Source: an uncultured bacterium (lineage in GTDB: Bacteria > Patescibacteriota > CPR2 > UBA1875 > CAIMLA01). From it: a stretch of DNA of 64,000 bases. The stretch is taken from assembly GCA_903842085.1 (NCBI GenBank), contig CAIMLA010000043.1:1563-65562 (forward strand), given 5' to 3'. The translations under genes were made by a program, and so were the position numbers. The notes under the pieces are model-generated. The model searched no databases and was not told where the DNA came from. It saw nothing but the letters and a program-made list of their open reading frames with translations. Below, piece by piece: positions 39,961 to 49,693 of the stretch. Position 1 is the first letter of the stretch, and every line of letters starts with the position of its first letter.

Positions 39961-40173
39961 CCCTCCTTTGCTAAGCCTTCAAAATACAGACTGAGTCCGT
40001 AGCTCTATTAACGCACTAGATAGCTTCTTTTATTCACTATCTAATTTGTCATAGTCGAGCGCGTAGCTCAAGCCTTGGCATCTGTATCTCTCCAGTTTAA
40101 CCGGGAGGGAGAAAAAATCGTCTTTGTGATTATTTCTCTCTCACGATTAAAGGTAAAATCATTATAACATCTT

Positions 40174-42780
40174 TTATTTTACTGTCACAGTAACATTGCT
40201 GCTAGCAGTTTGTCCAATCTTATCGGTGACTGTTGCGATAATATCAGCTGAAGCCCCTGATGGTTTATCAAAAGTTGCGACATAATTAGTCCCGTCTAGA
40301 GTTGCTTCTTTGGATTGACTGCCAATTTTGATCGTCACAGATTGAACCCCATTTGGAGCAGTTATCGTCACACTAACACTATACGGTGTCGCGAAATCGT
40401 CACTCGCTTTTAGGGTCGTAAAAGATATTGTCGGGGCGCCTTGGTTAATTGGACAGGTATCCTGGCCAATTTGTTCTGATCCAGAAGTTGAATAACCGCT
40501 ACTTGCTGTCCAAGCTCCGATCGGAGCAAACCATCTGCCATAAGAGGCATCGGTCGAAGGAATCTCGGCCGTGACGACGTTGATCGTTCTCGTCTCAATT
40601 TGAGCTGGGTCTGGAGGACAACTGTTGTTAACAAGTTTACCTGAAAGTTTATTAATTTTAAGTTCTGTAGCGGCCACAGCGTCTTGAATATTATACCAAG
40701 ATGGGAAAATATCTGTTACCGTTTTGCTCCCAGCGACTGGTTTTTTACCGGTGACGGCGTCTAGAGTCACCGTTTTTATCCCACTGGGTCTGGTAAATTG
40801 TTCATTGGGAGTCCCGTTGAGGGCGTTAATCATATAATCGTGCCAAATTGGGGCAGCCGCAATCGAACCACCGGCTTTTGTCATGGGGGTTCCATCATTA
40901 TTACCAGCCCAAACGCCTGTTACTAAGCTTGGGGTGTAACCAAGCGTCCAAGCGTCTTTGTAATCATTGGTAGTTCCGGTTTTGGCGGCGACTGGGCGAC
41001 CATGGAGCGTTAGGGGGCCACCGGTACCAAAGACATCTGCTCGGGCGTAATCATCAGATAAAACATTGCTTATCAGATATGTAATTTGTGAATCTAAGAC
41101 TTTTTTACCAGCATTTTCTTTGTATTCATCAATTGTTTTTCCTTTCGCGTCTTCAACTTTAATATACCAACTTGGGTCTTGTTTGACGCCACTATTAGCA
41201 AAAACCCCATAAGCATTGACCATATCTAAAAGCTTAACCTCTCCAGCGCCCAAGACAAGGGATAGGCCGTAAAGGCTTTTATCGTTTAAAGTTGTAATCC
41301 CCATTGCGTGGACGGTATCGATAACGTTATCAAGGCCAGCGATATAAAGTGTTTTTACCGCTGGGATATTGAGTGAGTTTTGCAAGGCGCTTCTCATCGT
41401 GACCGGTCCGCGAAATCGGCCATCATAATTACTGGGCACATAACCGCCGCCAAAATCAGTCTTTAGATCAAAGAGCACACTTCCAGGACCCCAATTATTT
41501 AACTTCCAAGCAGTTGCATAGGCAAAAGGTTTGAAAGAGGAACCAGGCTGACGATCCATAACCGCAACATTGACATTGCCATCTATATCAGGATTAAAGA
41601 AATCACGACTGCCAACCATGGCCAAGATTTGACCAGTTTTCGGATCCATCGAAACTAAGGATGCATTTGAGGCATTGTAAGCAGTCCGATTTTTGTCAAC
41701 GTTGGTTGCAACTGCCTCCTCGGCATATTGCTGTTTCGTGATATCTAAAGTGGTATAAACCTTTAAACCGCCTTCATTGACCAGTTTTTCACCGTATTTT
41801 TCGACTAGTTTTTCTTTGACATACATTACAAAGTGAGGTGCCGTGATGGAGCCATAAGGATTTTGCGAGAAGGCAACTTCTTTTTTCATGGCAGCTTCAG
41901 CATCCTTGGTCGTAATAAATTTTTGAGCGGCCATATCTTTTAAGACTTGATCTTTTCTTTTTAAGAGCAAAGCTTTATTTGTCCCGTAAGGAGAATAATA
42001 AGTTGGAGCTTGAGGCAGGGCGGCCAAGGTCGAACATTCTTCTAAACTTAAATCTTTTAAATCTTTATTAAAATAAGTTTTTGCGGCAACTTTAATCCCA
42101 TAAGCATTAGAGCCATATGGAATTTCATTGAGATACATTTTTAAAATATCGTCTTTCTTGTACATCTGTTCTATTTCGATTGAAAGGATGATCTCTTTAA
42201 TCTTGCGAGAATAAGACCTCTCGGTTGTTAGGAGGGCGTTCCGTACAAATTGTTGGGTGATTGTTGAGCCACCGCCTTTGGTGCGATCACCAGTAATAAT
42301 ACCGGAAAAAGCTCTGGCAATACCGCGGACACTAAAACCACTGTGCTTATAAAAATCTTTGTCCTCAATCGCGATCGTGGCATTTTTACAATTTTGAGGA
42401 ATCTCATCCCAGCCAGCCATGAGCCGATTTTTGTCGCCGTGGATCTCATAGAGAAGTTTTCCGTTTCGATCAAAAATCTGAGTCGATTGAGCCGAAATAC
42501 GAGCATTTATTTTGTTTGGAGTTGGTAAATCCTTGGCATACCAGGCAAAAACACCAAAGAGGAGGCCCAGAAAAACTACGGTAACGAGGCCGATTTTCTT
42601 CCAACCACTTTTTGTCGTAAAAAGTGACTTTAATGATTCTTTAAAGCCTGAGAAATTTAAATTCTTAAAGGAGAATCCCTTTTTTTGTCGAGACCGAACG
42701 GCTGTCTTGGCAGAACGAGGACGCGAAAAAGTTCGATAACTTTGTCTTGAGCGTCGCTTTCTCGGTTTATATAAAGGCAT
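40174..42780 (-). CDS. Bifunctional class A penicillin-binding protein (PBP1A-type transglycosylase/transpeptidase) with a C-terminal Ig-like extension
   Basis: GT51 motifs (AIEDKDFYKHSGF, GGSTITQQ), transpeptidase SSFKP, SLN and KTGTT, an N-terminal TM anchor, and a beta-rich C-terminal segment of about 130 aa. Confidence 0.92.
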   Translation of the reverse strand: MPLYKPRKRRSRQSYRTFSRPRSAKTAVRSRQKKGFSFKNLNFSGFKESLKSLFTTKSGWKKIGLVTVVFLGLLFGVFAWYAKDLPTPNKINARISAQSTQIFDRNGKLLYEIHGDKNRLMAGWDEIPQNCKNATIAIEDKDFYKHSGFSVRGIARAFSGIITGDRTKGGGSTITQQFVRNALLTTERSYSRKIKEIILSIEIEQMYKKDDILKMYLNEIPYGSNAYGIKVAAKTYFNKDLKDLSLEECSTLAALPQAPTYYSPYGTNKALLLKRKDQVLKDMAAQKFITTKDAEAAMKKEVAFSQNPYGSITAPHFVMYVKEKLVEKYGEKLVNEGGLKVYTTLDITKQQYAEEAVATNVDKNRTAYNASNASLVSMDPKTGQILAMVGSRDFFNPDIDGNVNVAVMDRQPGSSFKPFAYATAWKLNNWGPGSVLFDLKTDFGGGYVPSNYDGRFRGPVTMRSALQNSLNIPAVKTLYIAGLDNVIDTVHAMGITTLNDKSLYGLSLVLGAGEVKLLDMVNAYGVFANSGVKQDPSWYIKVEDAKGKTIDEYKENAGKKVLDSQITYLISNVLSDDYARADVFGTGGPLTLHGRPVAAKTGTTNDYKDAWTLGYTPSLVTGVWAGNNDGTPMTKAGGSIAAAPIWHDYMINALNGTPNEQFTRPSGIKTVTLDAVTGKKPVAGSKTVTDIFPSWYNIQDAVAATELKINKLSGKLVNNSCPPDPAQIETRTINVVTAEIPSTDASYGRWFAPIGAWTASSGYSTSGSEQIGQDTCPINQGAPTISFTTLKASDDFATPYSVSVTITAPNGVQSVTIKIGSQSKEATLDGTNYVATFDKPSGASADIIATVTDKIGQTASSNVTVTVK

Positions 42781-42897
42781 TTTTTCTCCAATTAATTTGA
42801 ATTATACCTAAAAAAGTGTATATTAGTTAAGTAATTTATAAAAAATTCAACACACAAATTATAAATATATTTGTTAAAATTGTCAAGGAAGGACAAG

Positions 42898-44091
42898 ATG
42901 AACAAAATAAATGAGATCTTAAATCGTGGCGTCGAAGAAGTTTATATAAAGAAAGAACTCGAAGCTGCCCTAAAATCAGAGAAGAAACTAAGGATCTATT
43001 ATGGAGTTGATCCTTCAGGAGTCGAGATTCATCTTGGTCACGCGATTTGTCTTAGAAAATTACAATATTTACAACAATTGGGCCATAAAATAATTTTTCT
43101 AATCGGGGATTTTACGGGCATGATTGGCGACCCGACCGATAAATCGGCCATCCGACAACCGCTAACAAGAGAGCAAGTTTTAACAAATGCTAAAACCTAT
43201 AAGGAACAAATCAAAAGTTTCCTCGACTTTTCGGGTAAAAATCCTGCCGAAATTAGATTCAATAGTGAATGGAATGACAATCTGACCTTTAGGAATATTA
43301 TCGAGCTTTCAGGACGGTTTACGGTCCAACAACTGTTAGAACGAGATATGTTCCAACAAAGATTATCAAACAATAAACCGATTGGTTTACATGAATTTTT
43401 GTATCCTCTTGTCCAAGGATATGATGCCGTCATGCTTGAGGCGGACCTACAGATTGGTGGGACTGATCAGATTTTCAATATGCTTCAAGGTCGAGGTCTG
43501 ATGAAATCTCTCAAGAATAAAACGCAGATGGTTCTGGCCGTTAGCCTTTTGGAGGGTGTCGATGGTCGTAAAATGTCGAAAAGCTTTGGTAATTTTATTG
43601 CCATCAATGATCTACCAAATGAGATGTATGGTAAGGCCATGTCAATTAAGGACGAATTAATTATCCGTTATTTTAGCCTCTGTACGGAATTGGCAGAAAA
43701 AGAGATCGAAAAACTTCAAGATCAATTAGATGATGGTCAAAATCCGAGAAAGATCAAGGCGAAACTTGCCTACGAATTGGTCCGACTTTATCATGACGAA
43801 CCTGCCGCCAAAGCGGCCGAGTTAAATTTTGACAAAACTTTTGTCAAAAAAGAAATTCCTGATGAAATTGCAGAAATATTGATTTTAGATAAAAATTGGC
43901 CTTTGGCTGATCTGATGGTCTATACAAAGATTGCAACCTCTAAATCAGATGCCAAGCGACTGATTGATCAAGGCGGGGTGAGGGTTGATGGGGCCGTCAT
44001 CGGCGATCGGGCAGAAGTCATAAGGCCGATTAATGGGACGGTCATCCAGGCAGGAAAAAGAAAGTTTGTTCGTCTTAAGCTTGATCGATAA
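42898..44091 (+). CDS. tyrS: Tyrosine--tRNA ligase
   Basis: HIGH-type HLGH, GDFTGMIGDP, KMSKS and a C-terminal S4 domain. The ATG at 42898 follows AAGGAAGGA; the track's TTG 42871 is unlikely. Confidence 0.9.
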   Translation: MNKINEILNRGVEEVYIKKELEAALKSEKKLRIYYGVDPSGVEIHLGHAICLRKLQYLQQLGHKIIFLIGDFTGMIGDPTDKSAIRQPLTREQVLTNAKTYKEQIKSFLDFSGKNPAEIRFNSEWNDNLTFRNIIELSGRFTVQQLLERDMFQQRLSNNKPIGLHEFLYPLVQGYDAVMLEADLQIGGTDQIFNMLQGRGLMKSLKNKTQMVLAVSLLEGVDGRKMSKSFGNFIAINDLPNEMYGKAMSIKDELIIRYFSLCTELAEKEIEKLQDQLDDGQNPRKIKAKLAYELVRLYHDEPAAKAAELNFDKTFVKKEIPDEIAEILILDKNWPLADLMVYTKIATSKSDAKRLIDQGGVRVDGAVIGDRAEVIRPINGTVIQAGKRKFVRLKLDR

Positions 44092-46151
44092 TGAATTTAC
44101 GAACTCCAATTTCAGAGTTAACCGGCGTCGGTGACCATTATGCCAGAAAATTAGAAAAACTTGGTATAAAAAATTACGAAGACTTGCTTTGGTATTTGCC
44201 GCGACGGTGGGATGACTATTCGCATCTGGTCCCGATTAACGAAATCCGACCAGACGAGATGGTGAGTGTTAAAGGGAAGATCTGGGAAATCAGCAACAAG
44301 AGAGCTAAAAGCGGGATGAACATAACCGAAGCCATCATCGCAGATGATACGGGGACGATTAAAGCCACTTGGTTCAATCAACCTTTTTTAACGACCACTT
44401 TAAAAGCCGATGATGAGATTTGTTTAGCGGGTAAATTAGAATGGAATAGAAACTCAGTGGGGATGATTTCGCCTGCTTTTGAAAAGATTAACTCAGAAAA
44501 TGAGGCAGAGCTAACTCATGTTGGACGGATTGTCCCTGTCTATGCTGAGACAGAAGGCATTTCATCTAAATGGCTTCGCTCCAAGATCAAGCCTTTGATG
44601 AAACTGATCTATTCGATTAGGGACTATTTGCCAGAAGAGATTAAAAAAGAACACAATTTAATAGACTTACCCGCCGCCATACGCCAAATGCACTTTCCAG
44701 AGAATTCTTCCCAATTGAAGAAAGCCAAAGATCGGCTCGATTTTGATGAAATGTTTTTATTACAACTTGCTGTCTTGAATTCACGGAAAAAGCTTAATCG
44801 CGAACGAGCGATCGCCATTCCATTCAATGAAGCCTTGATAAAAGGGTTTGTTCAAGATCTACCGTTTGACCTCACGAATGCACAGCGAAAATCTACCTGG
44901 GAGATCTTACAAGACTTAACGAAAGTAGCGCCGATGAACCGACTTCTTCAAGGAGATGTCGGAAGCGGCAAGACTGTCGTCGCGGCTATGGCCATGATAA
45001 ACACTGTCATCTCAGGCAATCAAGCCGTTTTATTATGCCCCACCGAAATTTTAGCAAAACAACATTTCGATAATGTCCAAACCCTTTTAAAGCCTTATGG
45101 CATGGACTGCTTTCTCCTAACTGGATCGACCAGTAAAGCCGAGAAAGAAGATTTATACAATAAGATAAGAGAAGGGGAGGCCAAGCTTATTATTGGGACT
45201 CACGCCATTTTGGAAAAGGGGCTAGAATTTTGGAGATTAGGTCTTGCCATTGTGGACGAACAACACCGCTTTGGGGTCGGCCAGAGAGCTGCCCTTCGAA
45301 AAGAAAGTCTCTCGACGAAAACGCTTCCTCACTTTCTAACGATGACGGCCACCCCAATTCCAAGGACCCTTTCGTTAACCATCTTTGGTGATTTGGATAT
45401 TTCTCTCTTGAATGAATTACCGCCGGGCAGAAAGACAATCATAACCAGGCTTGTCCCAAACGAGAAAAGACAGGATGGCTATCAATTTGTTCGAGCAGAA
45501 ATCAGTAAAGGTCGCCAAGTTTTTGTGATCTGTCCGCTAATAGGAGAAGAAGCGAGCGAAGAGATGGACAAAAAAACAGTTATGGCTGAATATCAGAATC
45601 TTACTAAAAATGTTTATCCTGATTTAAAGATTGTCTATATCCACGGGAAAATGAAGCCAGCAGAAAAAGAGGAAATTATGACCAACTTTAGGGCTGGCAA
45701 ATTTGATATCTTGGTCTCAACTTCGTTAATAGAAGTTGGAGTCGACATTCCAAACTCAACGGTCATGGTGATCGAGGCTGCTGATAAATTTGGCTTGTCC
45801 CAGCTCCATCAATTTAGAGGGCGAGTGGGCCGATCGACACATCAGTCATTTTGTTTCTTGTTTACAAAATCAAGTAACGAACAGACTTTAAAGAGATTAT
45901 ATGCCCTTGTTAATACTAATGATGGTTTCAAATTAGCTGAAGCTGACCTTGAGATCAGGGGGCCAGGAGACTTCGTTGGCACTCGTCAACACGGTTTACC
46001 TGATATCAAGATGTCAAATTTAATGAACCTAGTTTTAATAAAAAAATGTCGTGAGGCCGCGGTTAAGTTTTTGGCTAAAAACAATTTAGAAAGCCAAACC
46101 GCTTTATATGAAAAAACAGCCATGTATGACTCGATTCTATCTTTGGAGTAA
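44091..46151 (+). CDS. recG: ATP-dependent DNA helicase RecG
   Basis: A wedge/OB N-terminal domain, helicase motifs GDVGSGKT and DEQHRFG, and QLHQFRGRVGR. The start overlaps the tyrS stop (ATAATG). Confidence 0.93.
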   Translation: MNLRTPISELTGVGDHYARKLEKLGIKNYEDLLWYLPRRWDDYSHLVPINEIRPDEMVSVKGKIWEISNKRAKSGMNITEAIIADDTGTIKATWFNQPFLTTTLKADDEICLAGKLEWNRNSVGMISPAFEKINSENEAELTHVGRIVPVYAETEGISSKWLRSKIKPLMKLIYSIRDYLPEEIKKEHNLIDLPAAIRQMHFPENSSQLKKAKDRLDFDEMFLLQLAVLNSRKKLNRERAIAIPFNEALIKGFVQDLPFDLTNAQRKSTWEILQDLTKVAPMNRLLQGDVGSGKTVVAAMAMINTVISGNQAVLLCPTEILAKQHFDNVQTLLKPYGMDCFLLTGSTSKAEKEDLYNKIREGEAKLIIGTHAILEKGLEFWRLGLAIVDEQHRFGVGQRAALRKESLSTKTLPHFLTMTATPIPRTLSLTIFGDLDISLLNELPPGRKTIITRLVPNEKRQDGYQFVRAEISKGRQVFVICPLIGEEASEEMDKKTVMAEYQNLTKNVYPDLKIVYIHGKMKPAEKEEIMTNFRAGKFDILVSTSLIEVGVDIPNSTVMVIEAADKFGLSQLHQFRGRVGRSTHQSFCFLFTKSSNEQTLKRLYALVNTNDGFKLAEADLEIRGPGDFVGTRQHGLPDIKMSNLMNLVLIKKCREAAVKFLAKNNLESQTALYEKTAMYDSILSLE

Positions 46152-46345
46152 AAAATTGATAGGAGCCAATCAAAGCAACAGTTAGGGGTTATTCTGGCCT
46201 TATCAAGCCGTCACAGAGATTGGCGAACTTATTGCTCAAAGGGCTATTAGATTGAATCGATTTAAGGACATGGATAAGTTAGCGGGGCTTTGTTAAAAGG
46301 AAAAATAACATTCAATAATACGAAGGATTTAGTAGGGGTAAAAAT

Positions 46346-46375
46346 TTGTTTATTTTCAATTGTTTCTGATATAAT
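46346..46375 (+). promoter_or_regulatory. Promoter candidate with extended -10 (TTGTTT-18 nt-TGaTATAAT)
   Basis: TATAAT at 46370-46375 is preceded by TGA. The AGGAGG RBS and the TTG start at 46396 follow. Confidence 0.45.
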
Positions 46376-46395
46376 TAAATAAAATAGGAGGGAAA

Positions 46396-47307
46396 TTGGC
46401 TAAAAAAACAACGAACAACAAACAAAGAGTAGAACCAAAAAACAAACCGACGGTTAAAGACGATCAAGCCGGGAAACCAGAGGACGACGATGGTGAAGTC
46501 GATCCAGCGGCGACCGAGAAAGCGTTTGCGGATGAACTTGGAACGATAGAAACAGAAGAGGAAGCAGATGGTGGGCCATTGAAATTCGATCCAGAGGCGA
46601 ACGACGAGCCAGAAGAAATTGCCAAAAAAGAAGCTCAGATGGTAACGGTACCGACACGAAAAGCGGTTCGACCTGCAATCTTTGGGCTAGGGGTCTTGAG
46701 CGGCATTATTATCGCTATGATTATTTTTGGTATTTATTATTACATGGTTGGCCAGGAGGTTTGTGATAGTTATAATAGCGTTACAAATTCTGAAAAAAAA
46801 TTAACTAGCTTAATCACGTCTCAAAATAATCGAGAAACAAAGATATCTGATGCTTGCCCAACAGTTCTAACAGAAACTGATAATCTAGAAATAGCAAATT
46901 GGAAAACCTACAAAAACGAAAAGTCTGGTTTGTCTTTTTTGATCCCAGCCGATTGGCAGGAGTCTAAACCGGCCACGACTAATCAATTTTTCTTTAAAGC
47001 ACCAGGAGATGTTGCAGCGACGCTTAATGTCGGGATTGGGGAGGCGGCTTCGATCACAACGGTCGATGGCTATATTTTGAAAACAACCTCAACAGAAAAA
47101 GTTGCCTGTAATGCGGCCAAAGTAAAAACTTATGTTGATAGTAATCAAAACGAAGCAAACCGTATTAAAACAGCGACTTTTACGGCTTCTAGCACTCCTT
47201 ATCTATTTGAATACGCCTGGCAGACAAATATGGGAGCATCCGTCTCAAGCGACTATTCTGATCTCTTTGATTTGATCTTAAAGACAGTTAGTATCACAAA
47301 AGTGTAA
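46396..47307 (+). CDS. Hypothetical membrane-anchored protein with an acidic N-terminal region
   Basis: An acidic cytoplasmic N-terminus of about 90 aa, one TM helix (IFGLGVLSGIIIAMIIFGIYYYMV), and an extracytoplasmic domain with WKTYKNEKSGLSFLIPADWQ. Confidence 0.55.
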   Translation: MAKKTTNNKQRVEPKNKPTVKDDQAGKPEDDDGEVDPAATEKAFADELGTIETEEEADGGPLKFDPEANDEPEEIAKKEAQMVTVPTRKAVRPAIFGLGVLSGIIIAMIIFGIYYYMVGQEVCDSYNSVTNSEKKLTSLITSQNNRETKISDACPTVLTETDNLEIANWKTYKNEKSGLSFLIPADWQESKPATTNQFFFKAPGDVAATLNVGIGEAASITTVDGYILKTTSTEKVACNAAKVKTYVDSNQNEANRIKTATFTASSTPYLFEYAWQTNMGASVSSDYSDLFDLILKTVSITKV

Positions 47308-47317
47308 AAAAGAACTC

Positions 47318-47356
47318 AGCCCGAGCAAAGGTGATTCCTTTGCTCGGGCTGTTTTA
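47318..47356. terminator. Strong intrinsic terminator (possibly bidirectional)
   Basis: AGCCCGAGCAAAGG-TGATT-CCTTTGCTCGGGCT forms a 14-bp perfect stem, followed by GTTTTA and preceded by an A-run. Confidence 0.7.
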
Positions 47357-47393
47357 TGATTAGGCGAAAATCTATCGTCTGATTTTAGTTTTA

Positions 47394-47519
47394 TTAGCTT
47401 GGAAGTGGGGTTAGAATGATCAAGGCCAGAGAAAGTCCGATGATCAAAACGATAGCAGAAAGGCAGAGGATCCGACCGAAAACAACGTCACTACGATGGT
47501 TCTTTGCGTCATCAGACAT
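47394..47519 (-). CDS. Candidate 41-aa single-TM small protein (not in the ORF track)
   Basis: Hand translation gives MSDDAKNHRSDVVFGRILCLSAIVLIIGLSLALIILTPLPS. GGAGG lies 6 nt upstream of the ATG, and the ORF ends just before the 47318-47356 terminator. Confidence 0.3.
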   Translation of the reverse strand: MSDDAKNHRSDVVFGRILCLSAIVLIIGLSLALIILTPLPS

Positions 47520-47715
47520 AAAACGCCTCCATTCGACGAATCGACATTCTGAAAAAAAACGACTAGCTTTTTCCTAATACGAAAACAAATTATAAACACT
47601 TTACATAATATGTCAAGAACTAGACGGTTGATTATCTTAATTAAATAAAAGATATACGGTAAAAGAAGACCAGAGTTAAGTTTATAAGCCACTCAAAAAA
47701 GAAGGCGTGATAGGA

Positions 47716-47744
47716 TTGAAATAAACAATAATTTGTACTAAAAT
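47716..47744 (+). promoter_or_regulatory. Sigma70-like promoter upstream of tRNA-Leu(TAG)/trxA (TTGAAA-17 nt-TAAAAT)
   Basis: The -35 is at 47716-47721 and the -10 at 47739-47744. The tRNA starts at 47760. Confidence 0.55.
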
Positions 47745-47759
47745 GACAGAGTCTTGTTA

Positions 47760-47846
47760 GCCCGGGTGGCGGAATTGGTATACGCGCTAGTCTTAGGAAC
47801 TAGTGCCAGAAATGGCTTGCGAGTTCGAGTCTCGCCTCGGGCACCA
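47760..47846 (+). tRNA. tRNA-Leu(TAG), 87 nt, long variable arm, CCA encoded
   Basis: GCCCGGGTGGCGGAATTGGTATACGCGCTAGTCTTAGGAACTAG...GAGTTCGAGTCTCGCCTCGGGCACCA. Anticodon loop CTTAGGA. Confidence 0.9.
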
Positions 47847-47875
47847 GAACCAACATCATAAATGAAGGAGGAAAA

Positions 47876-48196
47876 ATGGAAGTTGAACACTTAAAAGAAG
47901 AGGATTTTGATCAAAAAGTAATTCAGTCTAAAAAACCGGTCATTGTGGATTATTTTGCCAGCTGGTGCGGTCCATGCAAAGCGATGGCACCAATTTTTGA
48001 AGAGACAGGTAAGAAGTACCAAGACCGGGTTGATTTTTTTAAGGTTGATGTTGACGAATGCCAGAAAGTTGCTCAGGATTACGGTGTTATGAGTATCCCG
48101 ACTTTAATCGTTTTTAAAGACGGGAAAGTAATTAAGACTCTAGTGGGGCTTCAAGACGGTGACAGCATCGCGGCGGCAGTAGAAGAAGCTGAATAA
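47876..48196 (+). CDS. trxA: Thioredoxin
   Basis: The WCGPC active site is present, the protein is 106 aa, and the RBS is AAGGAGG. Confidence 0.93.
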   Translation: MEVEHLKEEDFDQKVIQSKKPVIVDYFASWCGPCKAMAPIFEETGKKYQDRVDFFKVDVDECQKVAQDYGVMSIPTLIVFKDGKVIKTLVGLQDGDSIAAAVEEAE

Positions 48197-48217
48197 AGTC
48201 AGAGAAAGAAGGTGTTT

Positions 48218-49501
48218 TTGAAAGTAAAAATAGAGAAATCAGAAGGCAAAACAAAGTTAACAATCGAGGTTGAAGCAGCGCAGTTAAAAGTGGCGACTGA
48301 GGACGCCTACAAAAAACTTTCCAAAGAGGTCAAAGTTGATGGTTTTCGTCCAGGGAAAGCCCCTCGACACATTATCGAAAAAGAAATCGGTCAAGAGAGA
48401 ATAAATGCAGAAGTCTTAGATAAAATTATACCTGAAACATATTACGAAGCAGTTATCCAGGAAAAACTTAACCCAATCGGTCCGCCAGAAGTAAAAATGG
48501 TAAAATTCGTTCCAACAGATGGTCTAGTCTATGAGGCCTCAATCGAGCTATTACCTGAGATTAAAGTACCGGCTCTAAAAGAAATTAAAATCAAACGAGA
48601 AAAACCAACCGTTTCCGCAAAAGAAATAAATGAAGTCTTGGACGATCTGGCAAAGCAACTGGCAAAATATTCTCGGGTGGATAGAGCGGCAAAGACAGGA
48701 GATCAAATCCAAATAGATTATGATGGTTTTGTCGATGGGTTGCCTTTCGAGGGCGGGAAAAGTGAAAAATACCCATTTATTCTTGGCCAAGGGCAGATGA
48801 TTCCTGGATTTGAGGATCAGATTGTCGGCATGAAAGAAGCCGAAGAAAGAGAAATAGAAGTCACCTTTCCCAAGGGATATCACGCACATAATCTAGCGGG
48901 AAAGCAAGCTAAGTTTAAAATTAAATTACACGAAGTAAATGAGGTTATTTTACCAGCAATCAATGATGATTTTGCCTCAAAAGTTGGTCCTTTTAGTGGT
49001 TTAGAAAACTTACGGATCGATATTGAAAAAGAATTGTTAAAAACAAAAACAATCCAAGAAAGAAACAGAGTTGAATCAGCAATCTTAGAAAAAATTGTCC
49101 AAGTCACTAAGGTAAATTCACCCGAAAGCTTAATTTACCAAGAAGTGCACAGATTGATGCACGAAGCTGAACAAAATATCGCTCAACAAGGGTTAACGAT
49201 TGAAAAGTATTTGGGGGCCACCAAAAAAACTAAGGAAGACCTGGAGAAAGAACTCGAACCAGAGGCAGACAAAAGAGTAAAAATTGGCTTAGTCCTCTCC
49301 GAGATCGCAAAAGATAATAAATTTGAAGCTAGCGAAAAAGAAGTTCACCATGAAATCGAGGTAAGGCTAGAAAGAACTAAGCCTGAAGAGAAAAAACAAG
49401 CCGAGGATTTCTATGATACTCATGAAGGTCATCACCAAATTGAGAATTTGCTGATTGGGGAAAAAGTCTTGAAATATCTCTACGAAACCTGCTCAGCGTA
49501 A
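48218..49501 (+). CDS. tig: Trigger factor
   Basis: The N-terminus MKVKIEKSEGKTKLTIEV, FRPGKAP, and an FKBP-like domain (GDQIQIDYDGFVDGLPFEGG). The TTG at 48218 is preferred over the track's GTG 48212, but the start is uncertain. Confidence 0.87.
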   Translation: MKVKIEKSEGKTKLTIEVEAAQLKVATEDAYKKLSKEVKVDGFRPGKAPRHIIEKEIGQERINAEVLDKIIPETYYEAVIQEKLNPIGPPEVKMVKFVPTDGLVYEASIELLPEIKVPALKEIKIKREKPTVSAKEINEVLDDLAKQLAKYSRVDRAAKTGDQIQIDYDGFVDGLPFEGGKSEKYPFILGQGQMIPGFEDQIVGMKEAEEREIEVTFPKGYHAHNLAGKQAKFKIKLHEVNEVILPAINDDFASKVGPFSGLENLRIDIEKELLKTKTIQERNRVESAILEKIVQVTKVNSPESLIYQEVHRLMHEAEQNIAQQGLTIEKYLGATKKTKEDLEKELEPEADKRVKIGLVLSEIAKDNKFEASEKEVHHEIEVRLERTKPEEKKQAEDFYDTHEGHHQIENLLIGEKVLKYLYETCSA

Positions 49502-49665
49502 CTTAATGAAAATTTGGTATCGTGGCCGAAAACAACTATTTATACTGGGTGGTTTGTTAAAAAGGAAGATTTAAAGATGTCCTAAGACCATCGCTGAAAT
49601 TGTGGCTTTTCCTGTCGATGACTCATCTTGAGGGCGGAGTCGATCCCAAAAACGAACCTGAGTTC

Positions 49666-49674
49666 TGTTATAAT
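49666..49674 (+). promoter_or_regulatory. Extended -10 element (TGtTATAAT) upstream of clpP
   Basis: TG at 49666-49667 and TATAAT at 49669-49674, 20 nt upstream of the clpP ATG. Confidence 0.45.
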
Positions 49675-49693
49675 AAAAGAAGAGGAGAAAAAA

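Noticed and set aside
39973-40087. Short direct and inverted repeats (CGTAGCTC x2, AAGCCTT x2, ATACAGA/TCTGTAT) that hinted at an att-like or circular-junction structure
   Set aside because: Matches of 7-8 nt within about 440 nt are expected by chance about once, so they are not evidence on their own.
39733-40173. Possibility that the long spacer encodes tmRNA, RNase P RNA, SRP RNA or a tRNA
   Set aside because: There is no tRNA-like T-arm (GTTCGA/GTTCAA with flanking stems), no GAGGAAAGTCC-type RNase P box and no SRP GGAA/AGCA domain-IV motif on either strand. Other RNA classes cannot be excluded by eye.
46152-46345. A 190-nt unexplained spacer after recG, with a 7-bp GCCAATC/GATTGGC pairing
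   Set aside because: There is only one short helix, no recognisable riboswitch or ncRNA motif and no ORF with an RBS. It is probably just the upstream region of the 46346-46375 promoter.
47444-47692. 82-aa minus-strand ORF from the track
   Set aside because: It has no RBS and an implausible composition, and it spans an AT-rich promoter-like region. The shorter 41-aa ORF in another frame (47394-47519) has the only credible translation signal here.
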